A stretch of 50,028 nt of DNA, from the NCBI GenBank assembly GCA_009602735.1, contig WELA01003517.1, positions 418,028 through 468,055 of the forward strand, given 5' to 3'. A program made the position numbers and the translations under genes. Position 1 is the stretch's first letter. Each line of letters opens with the position of its first letter. Origin of the DNA: Mesotaenium endlicherianum (lineage: Eukaryota). Under the pieces are notes generated by a model. The model was not told the DNA's origin. It searched no databases and saw only the letters and a program-made list of their open reading frames with translations. Below are positions 23,382-35,153 of this stretch, piece by piece.

Positions 23382-24072
23382 TTAAATGAATCGACCTACC
23401 GAGTAAGCAATAACTATTTACAAATATTTTTATGTCAGCAAGTGGTTTTTTTTGATGTTTTTGCTGTTTGGCTTAACTCATGAACAGCAAATCACAACAC
23501 AACTAGCGTAAGCAATTCTCACATGTCAAATGCAAGTAACGTGCATCAATAATACAATCCTTAAATTCATACACAAGCGAGGTTAGTAAGCGGTTCGTGT
23601 AATGGATTGTAAGCTTGGATTCAGGTTTTCTCTCAGTAATTTGTATAGAGAGTTGACCTCGTTTCCAAATGCCGAACTCGATAGCAAACCTAGCATATGT
23701 ACATGGAATGAGTTTATCGTTCAATGGCAATAACGATGGTGCCGCATGCCTACCCGGGAGCTAACCTCGTCGGTAGGACATCGGCTAACCAAATCCACAA
23801 CCATCTCTGATCATCTCGAATCGCCATTTGCCTAGGGCGTCATCTGATTATCCATCTAGCATATCACAATAAATACATTAATAGGCAGTTCTCTAATTTT
23901 GTTTAGAACAATCATTTGATTGTCAAAGAATGTATCAGCAAGCTGACTTCAGTAGACTTCACCATGCTACTCCTGGCTGAGTATCTATATCAAATATGAA
24001 GTAAAGTTCAGCAGACTGAACCAGATATACTTTCACATATAAATTAAATTAATAACAAACTGCTTCATTATA
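23382..24072 (-). mobile_element. Old solo LTR, family A
   Basis: Diverged reverse copy with mutated ends; TSD CACAC at 23377-23381 and 24073-24077. Confidence 0.85.
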
Positions 24073-24180
24073 CACACTAGCTTATGTTGTGGATATATGA
24101 GGATGACATGGGATCAAAAGGTGGAACTTTGAGAGCGGAAGCAAATGGAGACTGCGGAGCGACACGCTTGCTATAATATG

Positions 24181-24390
24181 TGAATCCAAGGTTAGAAGCG
24201 GTTGCACAAACCACTTACTTACCTTGATTGCATGATTGATGCTCGTTTACTTGCATTTAACTGTTGAGATTTGCTTATACTTGTTGTTTGCTGTCTGACG
24301 GGCAAATCGGAGAACAGCATAAAAATTACTTGCTGGTATAAAAATATTGATTAAATTATTAATTCATTATCGATAAGTCGATCCATTTCA
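24181..24390 (+). repeat. 3' fragment of a family A LTR
   Basis: TGAATCCAAGG...TAAGTCGATCCATTTCA matches the LTR 3' third. Confidence 0.8.
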
Positions 24391-24439
24391 GGGAGCGCCC
24401 TTGGCGTTCATCAACTTTTCCCTCAATTCCTAGATGTCC

Positions 24440-24495
24440 CGACTCCCAAGATGCATCATAAGCCTTCCATCTGACCAAATATTTCATGTCATATT
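24440..24495 (-). pseudogene. Chromodomain remnant
   Basis: The minus strand reads DMKYLVRWKAYDASW, similar to positions 2-50. Confidence 0.65.
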
Positions 24496-25009
24496 TCAAA
24501 GATTGATGGATGAAGCGAGCTTCAAAAATGTGGTCAACTTAACATATATGCCCGTCACGAACGGATCAGACGAGTCTCGGTTGGACCGTTGAAATCAACC
24601 CGTGAATAACTTGTCGCCCCTAATGTTTGGTTCTAAGAAAATGATATCGAACAGAGGGTAAGCTTTGCATTAAAGTAATATGTTTAATTTATAAGCATTC
24701 TGACCGACGCGGCGTACCATCGAATGTTAACCCACTCAAACAAAACAGCACATGGCTTTTTCTTGACCACTCCAAGAAGCTCAAGATTGAAATACTCCCC
24801 ATACAACCTGATGTATTATCCATAAATAACACCTTGAAGTACTCGTAACATAATTAATAAGTACTCAAACAAAATAATTCTTGACTTGATTTGACGTAGT
24901 TATAGAGTTCGACGAAGTGGCAATCTAGATAGCGGGAGAATATGTTACAGAGCAATAAAGAAGAGCCCAAATTTTAGAAAATAAGGAAAATATGTTCTGA
25001 GAGAGAGAG

Positions 25010-26435
25010 TGTAATGAATTAGTATATTGATAGATATAATAATCATATAAATTTAATAGTTAACTAATTTAGTATGTGAAATGAATCGACTTACCAAATA
25101 GACCATTAACAATTAATAAAGATCTTTATATCAGCAAGTAATCTTTATGGTATTTTCCGTTAATTGATTTAATAGCAAAGGACAACACACTAGCAGTAAA
25201 TAATACTCGTAAGTTAAATGCAAGTAAACAAGCATCAATAATGCAATCAGTAAACTCATACATAAGGAAGGTTGGAAGACAGTGCGTATCAATGGCTTCT
25301 CGCCTTGGATTCAGATCTCTCTCAGTAAGCTGTACAAGAGAGTTGGCCTCGTTTCCGAATGCCGAACTCGAGAGCAATGCCTAGCATATGTACAAGGAAT
25401 GAGTTTACTTTTCAACGGCCGGTGCGATGGCACCGCCTACCCGGGAGTTAACCACGTTGGTAGGACCTCGGTTAACCAAATCCGCCATCTCCCATCATCC
25501 CGAATCGCCATCCATCATAGGGATGTCATCTGGCCATTCATCTAGCATACCACACTTAGATGCGTATCGAGGCAGTTCGCTGCTACCGAGTACGAAAGTC
25601 AATTGGCTGTCAAAGAATGTGTCAGCAAGCTGACTTAAGTTGGCTTCAGCCTGCTGCTTCCGGCTAAGCCCTTAAACTGATAATTATATAAAGTCCAGCA
25701 GACTCAATACTACATAAAGTTCAGTAGGCTGAACTTTATTAACTATTATATTTAAATGAGTATTATATCTACTAATACACTGATTTATTACGGTATGTTA
25801 AACTCAGTAAATATTCAGTCTGCTGGATTTTTAGTGCTATACACTATAATAACTGAGCCAAGAGCCTCGGGCTGAGTCTAGTTGGGTCAGCTTGCTGACA
25901 CATTCGTTAACAGTCAGCTGACTGCCTTACGCGGTATCAGTGAACTGCCTAGTTATGCACCTAAGTGTGATATGCTAGATGGATGGCCAGATAACACCCA
26001 CGGATGGATAGCTATTCGAGATGATGCGAGATGGCTGTCGATTTGGTTCGCCGAGGTCCTACCAACGAGGGTCACTCTCAGGTAGGCGTTGCTATCGCAC
26101 TTGCCGTCGAACAGTTTACTCATTCCATGTACATATGCTAGGCATTGCTATCGAGTTCGGCATTTCGAAACGAGGCCAACTCTCTGTACATATTATTGAG
26201 AGAACATCTGAATCCAAGGTTGCAAGCCGTTACCAAACTGCTTACTAACCTTGCTTACGTATGAGTCTACTGATTGCTTTATTGATGCACGTTACTTGCA
26301 TTCGTCTATGAGTATTGCTTACTGCTAGTTGTGTGGTATTTTTTTGTTAATAACTTATACAAAAAATACTTGGACGATTACTTGCTGATACAAAAATCTA
26401 TTATTAATTATTTATTGCTTATAAGTAAGTTTATT

Positions 26436-26438
<3 letters not shown>
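25010..26438 (+). mobile_element. Old family A solo LTR set in a (GA)n tract and interrupted by a younger family A LTR
   Basis: TGTAATGAATT at 25010; homology resumes after 25797; degenerate 3' end; GAGAG on both flanks. Confidence 0.8.
25077..25792 (-). mobile_element. Solo LTR, family A, nested in another family A LTR
   Basis: Close reverse copy of 14012-14730; TSD GTATG at 25072-25076 and 25793-25797. Confidence 0.93.
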
Positions 26439-26515
<77 letters not shown>

Positions 26516-26565
26516 NNNNNNNNNNNNNNNNNNNNNNNNNNNNNNNNNNNNNNNNNCATGAGCAT

Positions 26566-26624
<59 letters not shown>
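26439..26624 (+). repeat. (GA)n microsatellite spanning an assembly gap
   Basis: Directly visible; mirrors the (CT)n at the inner end of the left TIR arm. Confidence 0.95.
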
Positions 26625-26628
<4 letters not shown>

Positions 26629-29600
26629 GTGTTGATTGTGTGATCTATGTACGTTTTAGTTTTGGAAATCATTTGAGGTTGTTCATCTTACAATTGATGT
26701 AGCAAAATGAGATATATTGCTGTGTTTATTACAAATCATATTATCAATGCCAGCTCATGTGAGTTGTGGTGAGAGATCAACATCATGTGATATGTTCAGT
26801 ATAAGTTCATCAAGCATGTTAATCGTTAAATTTTCCTTTGATTATCTTAAAACAAATAGATATATTCTCCATTAGCATCGACTCGCAAGACGAATGCGCT
26901 TCCAAACGATGCTTGTGACACGACTCTTAGGCGTACATAAAAATCACATGAATACACTTAAGCATGCCTGCTTGAGTCAATCATACTCCACGTGTGCTTA
27001 TAAGTAAGAGGTAGCGATACGGGAAAATTTCACATTGCGATACTTTCATTACGTATGTTGATTTGATGCGCTTTTATACATACCATACCCATACACATGC
27101 CGCAAGCTAAAATTGCACGTGCATGCACAATACAAATGCTTGTGCACATGCACGGGCGTACGCACCCACGCACCCATGCATGTGGTTAAGGGCATACTTG
27201 CAGTATCATTCAATGCTTTTACACTTCCTTGACACATTATCTTGCTTATACCACGGGTAAACAGTTGCATGCATGCGTGCACCCATGCCAGCAATACAAA
27301 AGCGCAAATTGGCACATGCACGTTTTCCACCGCATATACACATATGCAAACACACACCAATTTCTACTTAGCATAATATTCTTCACAGGCATTAAGCGCC
27401 AACTAGAAAATAAACATCACATGCTGCATACATGGTTGCACGCACGTATCTATTTCACACGCCTGTACGTTGAGCACACGCTTGAAAGTCGGCCGTGTAG
27501 CTTGTGCCATTTTATTATATATCCAGCCTTTTTAATACGTAGGGGAGACTGAGCTGGCTGGCGCTGGGCGGGCTCCTTTTCGTCCACACGCTGTTTGTAT
27601 CCGGCAAACCCCTGGTGCCATGTTTGGTTGCGTTTGACGATGTGGTGACGGGTTCATTTGAATCCGCACGCTCGACTCTTGACAAGTCTGACGAGTGACC
27701 GGTACCGCCTGATGAGTTTTGTCACACATCGTGTCGAGAAGGTTTGGGCGAAAAAAGCCGAAGACAGGGTGTTGGCCAATATTTCTTCGTCAAAAAACGT
27801 CCAAGCCCTAAAATGCGCTCTACGCGATTTTTGACAAGCTCTTCTCTTTCTTAATCAAATTATCTTAGAATTATATTCTTATATTATAAGAGATAAATGT
27901 ATATATATTATATATAGAAAAAAGAGTATAGAGATAGAAGAGTAGGTTTTATTAGGAAAAGATAGAGATAAGGGAAGCTGGAGAATGCTACAGTGGGTCG
28001 GGGGAGGAAGGCTTTTGCCTCCTCTCCTCTCTCTCTGCTTGCTACTTCTTACTTCTTACTTTTGCTAATGCTACTATGCATGATAATGTCATTTCTACTA
28101 CCTTGCTGTTGTCTAACCGCTCTTTCACGGGTTCTTCTCATGTCGTCGCAATCTCTGCATTTCTCGCTCTATTGCACAAGCTGCTATGAGAAGAAAAATG
28201 ATCAACTACACTAATTAGTGCTGCTCATACTGGGCAGCTAAAAAATTCTCAACTTCTGCTAATATTCTTCATCTTTGGAGCTTCATACTTTTGCACTTAT
28301 CAGCACACTTTGTCTGTGAATGACTTCTCCCTGCTGGGTATCTGCAGTTCTCCCCTCCATGTGGGCTCAATCAATTGTACCTGAAAATCACTTAACTTCA
28401 CACTAGATTAGTAGAAAAGGGAGGAGCTGGGCCCCTTTTTTTCTCTTTTTCTTGCCCCCCCCCCCCCCCACTTACCGACTGGTGTGTAAATCTGCTAGGG
28501 CCTCTGCATGTTATCTCTAAGTGTCATCATTCTTCTCCCTTTTAATCTGTTCTTTATTCAGGACTTATGGACATCTTAGGACTGTTGTATTCTATGCTGT
28601 TTAGTAAATGCATTCTATCTTTGTTCCTGTATTCATATGTGTCTAAGGATTATCTAATTGTGTCTGATCTGTGTATTAAAGGGCTCATCTAAAAACTTAC
28701 TGCGTTGGGTGTTTATTGTGGAGAACTCATGGCTGTTTCTTGAATAGTCTATTATATGTCTGCTGTGTGTGTGTATCTCTACCGGTGTGGTTTTGTTAGT
28801 TCTACTTCTAGTTGTGTGTTTATAGTTTCTGGGTGGGTTGGGTGGGTTATGTTAGCATTCTTGACTTCGCTTAGCCCATGCATGCTAAGAGAAGTCTGGA
28901 AGTAGTTATTTATAGAGGGAAATTTGCACAGCAACAGCTTGTGCATTCTGAGAAAAGCTTGCAAATGTGCAAGCTCGGTGATAAGGCGGGCTTGTATAAG
29001 ACCCTCTTCTTTTCATTATTTCAGTTTCGAACTTGTCAAACTTAGATTTAATTGAAAATTAAATCTACATTTTGACAAGCTCTTTTCTTTCTTAATGAAA
29101 TTATCTGAGAATTATATTCTTATATTATAAGAGATAAATGTATATATATTATATTTAGAATAAAGAGTATAGAGATAGAAGAGTAGGCTTTATTAGGAAA
29201 AGATAGAGATAAAGGAAGCTGCACATTGGCCTACATGTGCAGCTGAATGTAGTAGTAGTAGCATAAGTAGGGTAGAAGGTGCAGGTGAGTTGAGAAGGCT
29301 GGAGAAAGCAGGGGTAGGGGTTGNNNNNNNNNNNNNNNNNNNNNNNNNNNNNNNNNNNNNNNNNNNNNNNNNNNNNNNNNNNNNNNNNNNNNNNNNNNNN
29401 NNNNNNNNNNNNNNNNNNNNNNNNNNNNNNNNNNNNNNNNNNNNNNNNNNNNNNNNNNNNNNNNNNNNNNNNNNNNNNNNNNNNNNNNNNNNNNNNNNNN
29501 NNNNNNNNNNNNNNNNNNNNNNNNNNNNNNNNNNNNNNNNNNNNNNNNNNNNNNNNNNNNNNNNNNNNNNNNNNNNNNNNNNNNNNNNNNNNNNNNNNNN

Positions 29601-29993
29601 NNNNNNNNNNNNNNNNNNNNNNNNNNNNNNNNNNNNNNNNNNNNNNNNNNNNNNNNNNNNNNNNNNNNNNNNNNNNNNNNNNNNNNNNNNNNNNNNNNNN
29701 NNNNNNNNNNNNNNNNNNNNNNNNNNNNNNNNNNNNNNNNNNNNNNNNNNNNNNNNNNNNNNNNNNNNNNNNNNNNNNNNNNNNNNNNNNNNNNNNNNNN
29801 NNNNNNNNNNNNNNNNNNNNNNNNNNNGGGGGGGGTAGGAATAGGGTGGATAGGTTCAGTGAAATAAAGAGCTTCTAGCTTGAGGCTGACTTCGGACTTA
29901 GCAGCTCCTCCAAAAAAGATAGACTAGCATTCTGGAGAAAATTCTTTATTCATTCTAATATGCATACAGCAATTGACTGTGTCAACTTTCACT

Positions 29994-31045
29994 TTATTTA
30001 ACATTCTTTCCTAGCTTTCTTCTGAATGCTTGCCAAACCTGATGCTGGGAATACTGACTTTGACTTTCTGTCTCAGGTATGTCTATGATATGAGCTGCTG
30101 ACAGTAGTGAAGCATTCATTTTCACTATATATGCTAGCTTAGACTTATCACTCTTCCATCTTCCCAGCTCATTGATGATTCTCTCAGGCACTCCTAAGTA
30201 AGCAGCAGCTGTAGCGGCTCCTTTCCTCAAAGAATGAGTGCCTACTTCTGAGGCAGGTAGGTTCACATATTCAAAACACTCTAGGCACCATTTCCTTATG
30301 ATATAATAGGAAGGTGTCTGCCTTACTAGCTCACCTGAAGGTAGTACATCTTGTATGATTGTGTCCCCCTTCTTATAGATAAGTGCCTTAGCCATCAGTC
30401 TGCTGAAGAGCAGCACAGGTGACCACTTACTTCTAGTGTGGAAAATGGAAATTCATTTTCCATCACCAGCTTGGTCATTCTTGGCCCTGGCCAGCCACAC
30501 CCATAGCAGTGTAACCCCTTCTACTGTCTCCAACTCTGCATCTTGGATCCTCAATTGAGTCAGATCAGAGTACCTCAGGAACCCATAGTACATTAGTGCT
30601 ATGGTGTTAGCTTTCATGAGGTCAGCTAGAGTTGCATCATCTCTGGCATATTTTTCCAGAATCTGAACTATCTTCTGAGGAGACAATGGCATCTTTGTGT
30701 TCTTGGGCTTCTCCAAATGCCTGTTAGCTGCCTCTCTAATCATCTTCATCTCTGGGCCAAGCAGGGGGTTAGGCTTCTTAACCTGTCTATGCATAGTCCC
30801 TATTGCTGCTGCTGACAGATTGAACACTGCAAAGGTGGCCTTAGACTTGATAAGCTTCACCATGTATGCCATGGCTACCTTCTCTGATGCCGGCATGAAA
30901 TTGAACCCCTTATCCTTACACCATTCTATGAATCTCCTCCACTATGTATTGTAAGTCTTCAGAGAATTCTTGCTTAGTAAGGAAAAAACAATCTGCATTC
31001 TCTCTTGGTTGAGGCTAATGCACTCGGGATCACTTGCAAATATTG
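29994..31045 (-). pseudogene. Tyrosine recombinase with in-frame stops
   Basis: GFLRYSDL, AKNDQ, HSLRKGAAT and LGRWKS...Y motifs. ORFs 30453-30896 and 29994-30416 are in the same frame, separated by TGA; another TAG lies near 30943. Confidence 0.92.
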
Positions 31046-31068
31046 CCTCTGCACACCCTTAGCCATCC

Positions 31069-33060
31069 CTAGCATACTATTCTTATTGCTATCATAAAGC
31101 ACCACGGAATACCCTTGTGACCAAAAGCTTTCTCATCCCTGCCTGAGTATAAGACATCTCTACTGTGACCCAAGTTCACCCACCCTGTTACCTCAGGGAT
31201 CCAAGATCCAGGTGAAGGCTGTAGAGAAGGCCACCAACATGCTGTCTCCCACCTGGGGATCACCACAGTACACTTTGCCTTGCACCTTTGTGCATGGTTG
31301 ATCACAGCCAACACCATCCGAGGAGGAGGAAAGCAGTAGCTATTCTCCTTTCTCCAATCACAAGTGAAGGCATCAGTCGCTTCAGACTCCCTGTATAGGA
31401 ATCTGCCGTTGAATCTTGGCAGCCTAGTGTTGTCAGGTGATGCAAACCTGTCGACTGAGTGAGGGCCCCATAAAGTCTCTAATTCTCCAAATTTCTCCAT
31501 CTTTAGGTGATAGTCATCCTTTTCTCTGACCTTAGACAGGTAATCAGCTTCTTGGTTCCTCTCCCTGGGCAACCATTCTATCATCAGTCCCAATTGGAGC
31601 TGTCTTGCTATCTCAAATATCTTCCCCGTACTCTCTTGAATGTCTCTCTTAACTGACCCTCCCCTCTTCAAAATATAGTATAATGCTTGATTATCAGCCC
31701 TCATAAGAATCTGTTTCCCTTTTATCATTGATGTGCATGCTCCCAAGGCTGCTAGCAAAGCTTCTAATTCCCTCTTAGTAGACGAAGTTCCTAACAAGTC
31801 TTCTCTCAGCCTTCTCTGTGCCTGCCACTTCTCCTTAGACATAACATCTATCAGGACTCCATCCCACCCATCTTCAGATGCATCTACATAGAGGATCATC
31901 TGAGGGGTAAGATGCATCTTTATAGGGGCCCCATTGAACTGATCAAACGCCCTCTGCCAGAAAACTAATTCTTCCTGAGCCTCCTCAAACAGCTTCTTCT
32001 TATCTTCCCAACTCTCTTTCCTGACTAGCATCTGAAATAGCCCTTTCGTGTAAATTCCAGTGGTGATTCCAAAAGCTATCTTCATAGAAATAACGTGCCC
32101 TGCTACCTTTGCTACCGCTCTTACTGGTATGAGTTCCCCTCTCTTATCTTTGCACTGTATGTCTTGAATTGTCTTCATGAGTTTGTTCCTTCTCTCCTTA
32201 TCAATGTACACCCAAAGATTTCTTGTGTCTAAGATGACCCTCATATATTTCAGGATCTTAGTAGGCTCTAGTTGTGCCTTCTTCATGTTTACTACCACTC
32301 TTGCAGATGCTAATTCTCTCAACACTTTCTGCACTAGTCTCGTATGCTCCTCTTAAGACTCACAAGCTATCAAGAAGTCATCCAGATATGGTATGATTCT
32401 CATCCCCTCCTTTCTCCATTTTCCCACTATTTCTTTCATCACCTTAGTAAAGACATATGGGGCTGCATACAATCCAAAAGGAAGGGACGTGAAGACGTAG
32501 TACTTCCCATCCAATTGGAATCCCAAATATTCCCAATAATGGGGATCTATAGGAACATGGTGGTAGCCACTCTTTAGGTCGATACTGAACAGTAGATCTC
32601 CTTTTCTCAGAATATCAGGTAATTTGTCTAACCCCTCATATTTGAATTTGATCTTCTGCAACCACTCATTGACCAATCTGAGGTCCATAATCAACCTCAG
32701 CTTTCTCCCCTCAGCCACGTTCAGTGGACTGACCCATCTAGGTGGTCTATCGCCTTCCCATCTCTGTGCTGCTTGAGTTGTTAACAACTCCTGCACTGCC
32801 TCCCTGGCAAAATCTAAATATTTTTGTACTCCTTTGTGGTTGTTTTTATGGAAGGGAGGAGCGAGCTGTGTACTATCCGCCCAGACTAGTCTGTAACCCT
32901 TAGTGATAACAGACATTACAAAGCTAGACTTGCACCACTGTTGCCAATAGGAAGCATGGTTAGCTAACCTGTTCTTCATGTTGGGCAGGAGTTCCGGCTC
33001 AGCCTTGTCTTCTCCTGATTTCTCAATCTCAGCTTTCCTGCCCAGCATCTCACTCAACAT
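31069..33060 (-). pseudogene. DIRS-type RT + RNase H + DNA N6-adenine methyltransferase-like domain, one in-frame stop at 32353
   Basis: RT IDLKSGYHH, LPFGL, YLDDF; RNase H YVDAS, RELEA, ADNQ, NQEADYLS; MT-like VDRFAS...DAFTCDW...YCFPP...PRW. The two ORFs share a frame. Confidence 0.93.
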
Positions 33061-33504
33061 GTCTTCCCACTCTTCCTTCTCCTGGTCTGCACATTAGACG
33101 TTGCCAAGAGAGTTCCCATCCAGCCAGGCCAACAATTTTGTTGCCTCTTTCCAGGACAGCACCGTGCTGTTTTCCTCCCTCCCACCTTAGCAAATGTCTG
33201 CTATAGGTGGTTATCATAATCTCTTCATTCTCAGAATTCGTGTAGAATTCTCTCACAAGAAACATTGTATTATTCAAGAATAACATTCATTATATACAAT
33301 ATGAATTCAAGGAAAAGTAATGAATCTTTTTTATCCGTCCTTTAACTCTTCTCATAAAATCTTTACATCATTGCCAAGGCACATCTGGGCCTGGTCTGAG
33401 ACCTTCCACATACTTTCTCTGCTAGACTGTTCTACTGACCTCTCTGAAAGTTTATAACATTCGCAGGGGGGAAGTGTTAACTGCTTCTGCTGACCATAGA
33501 ACTG

Positions 33505-34317
33505 CTATTGCTGCTGGTGCTGATTATTCATCGCAGGTTTACCCAAGTTAGGACAGTATGTAGACAGATGACCTAAGATACCGCATGCATAGCAAGTAGG
33601 TTTGTAATTTGGGTTCCTCCTCCTCTGTTGCTGCTGCTGCTGCCTAGGTCTATCTGTGTTCTGCTCTGACTCCTTATCTGGACTTTTCTTTGCCTTATCT
33701 GTCTTCAACTGACACTTCCTCTCTAAGACTGTCACGCTCAGTCTATCTTTATCAGCGTTTTCCTTGAGAACCTCATTGACAATGGTCCAGCTATGCTTAT
33801 GAGCGAGCATAATTTGACTCTCACGATAAGAGATTAAGGAAATACCTTCATCCAGCAGCCTTCTCAGCGCCTCCTTGTCATCGTTGCCATCGGCCGTCTT
33901 AGCATCGAAGAAAATCTCCATCAACTCTTTGCAGGCTGCCATCTGCTTTCTGTTACCTTCAGATAGGTTGCCCAATGTTGAGACTTCTTGGGATTCTTTG
34001 AGCCGCTTCAGTTCTCTGGAGATAAGATCTTCTCGAGCAGACTCCTTGGCCTCCTTCTTCTCCATCAGATTCAACATAAATTGTTGGAGTTGCTCAAGTT
34101 GGTTGCCGGGTTGCTGAGAGGTAGATGCCGTCGTGGATGCCTTTCTCTTGTTCGTCAAGTCTTGTACAACCGCCTCCTTCACCTGATTGATAACTTCTGC
34201 CAGAGCTTCAGACGAGAAAGACTGAGTTTGCTTACCAGGGGAGGAAACAACAGGGGATTTGCCTTTGTCAATCAAACTGAGCAGCCTGGCATCTTCTTGC
34301 TGCTTTTGTGTATCCAT
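33505..34317 (-). CDS. gag: Gag-like protein of the DIRS/PAT element
   Basis: 270-aa ORF downstream of repeat A1, coiled-coil, with CCHC knuckle CYACGILGHLSTYC. Confidence 0.85.
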   Translation of the reverse strand: MDTQKQQEDARLLSLIDKGKSPVVSSPGKQTQSFSSEALAEVINQVKEAVVQDLTNKRKASTTASTSQQPGNQLEQLQQFMLNLMEKKEAKESAREDLISRELKRLKESQEVSTLGNLSEGNRKQMAACKELMEIFFDAKTADGNDDKEALRRLLDEGISLISYRESQIMLAHKHSWTIVNEVLKENADKDRLSVTVLERKCQLKTDKAKKSPDKESEQNTDRPRQQQQQQRRRNPNYKPTCYACGILGHLSTYCPNLGKPAMNNQHQQQ

Positions 34318-35153
34318 GACTTCTGTTGGAGATGGTTGGAGATGGTTGACTGCAAAGAAGCGCTGCTGAATGTTGGATAGCCAGCGCCATGCACTGATAA
34401 TTGCTCACAGAATTGTAAAGAGACAAATTACTAATGCTTGCTAATGGATGCTCTTCAAGAAAAGAACTACATACGTGACCCACTTCTTGACTTCGCTTAG
34501 CCCATGCATGCTAAGAGAAGTCTGGAAGTAGTTATTTATAGAGAGAAATTTGCACAGCGACAGATTGTGCATTCTGAGAAAAGCTTGCAAATGTGCAAGC
34601 TCGGTGATAAGGCGGGCTTGTATAAGACCGCCTTCTTTTCATTATTTCAGTTTCGAACTTAGATTTAATTGAAAAATAAATCTACATTCTGACGAAGAAT
34701 TCCTGCTCAATCTGGGAGCATGGGTTGCTGAGCCCTATCGCACCCCCGGGCACGAATGCGAGCGACGGCGCACGGCACTGATGGAGTGACCCCAAATCTG
34801 GTTTTGTCGTACCCGGTCCGCACATGCAGGTTGGAAGGCGGTGCAAGTTATAATAAAGCATTCAGGGCCTCGATTCTCAGCTTCGAAGATCAGCATGAGA
34901 ACTATTTATTGACTTGAACCTGCATGCAAGCGATCATTGATTTTCCGAAACATGTCAGCAGCGAGCAACAGATGAACCTCATGGGCATCATTGGCTGATA
35001 ACACGGTCACCCGCAAACCAATATGCAGTGTCATTTAGTGTTATTCATTCACTGAGGTCAGAACTGCTTTGACGACATGCTCTCAGTTCGAGCTCTACTA
35101 TAATCATCTCTTTAATCTCGGGGGTCCCCAACAAAGCGTAATTTACCGCCTAA

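Larger units (their letters stand above)
27836..34693 (-). mobile_element. PAT-like DIRS tyrosine-recombinase retrotransposon with split direct repeats (A1-ORFs-B1A2-B2)
   Basis: Repeat A at 34484-34693 and 28858-29076; repeat B at 29077-29221 and 27836-27980. gag, RT, RNase H, MT-like and YR coding regions lie on the minus strand. It precisely interrupts a TIR arm. Confidence 0.93.
20347..34727. mobile_element. Foldback-like DNA transposon with ~1.3-kb TIRs and 7-bp TSD, no recognisable transposase
   Basis: Ends CAACCCATGCTCCCAGATTGAGCAGG... and ...CCTGCTCAATCTGGGAGCATGGGTTG. CTGAGCC flanks both sides (20340-20346, 34728-34734). Left arm 20347-~21680 is the inverse of ~26570-27835 plus 34694-34727. 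Confidence 0.88.

Noticed and set aside
29290..29878. ORFs spanning N runs (also 26331-26643, 43171-43845, 48039-48647)
   Set aside because: Artefacts of assembly gaps.
29994..30896. Phage integrase/prophage or bacterial contamination
   Set aside because: The recombinase is colinear with gag/RT/RH and bounded by split direct repeats, i.e. a DIRS-order retrotransposon.
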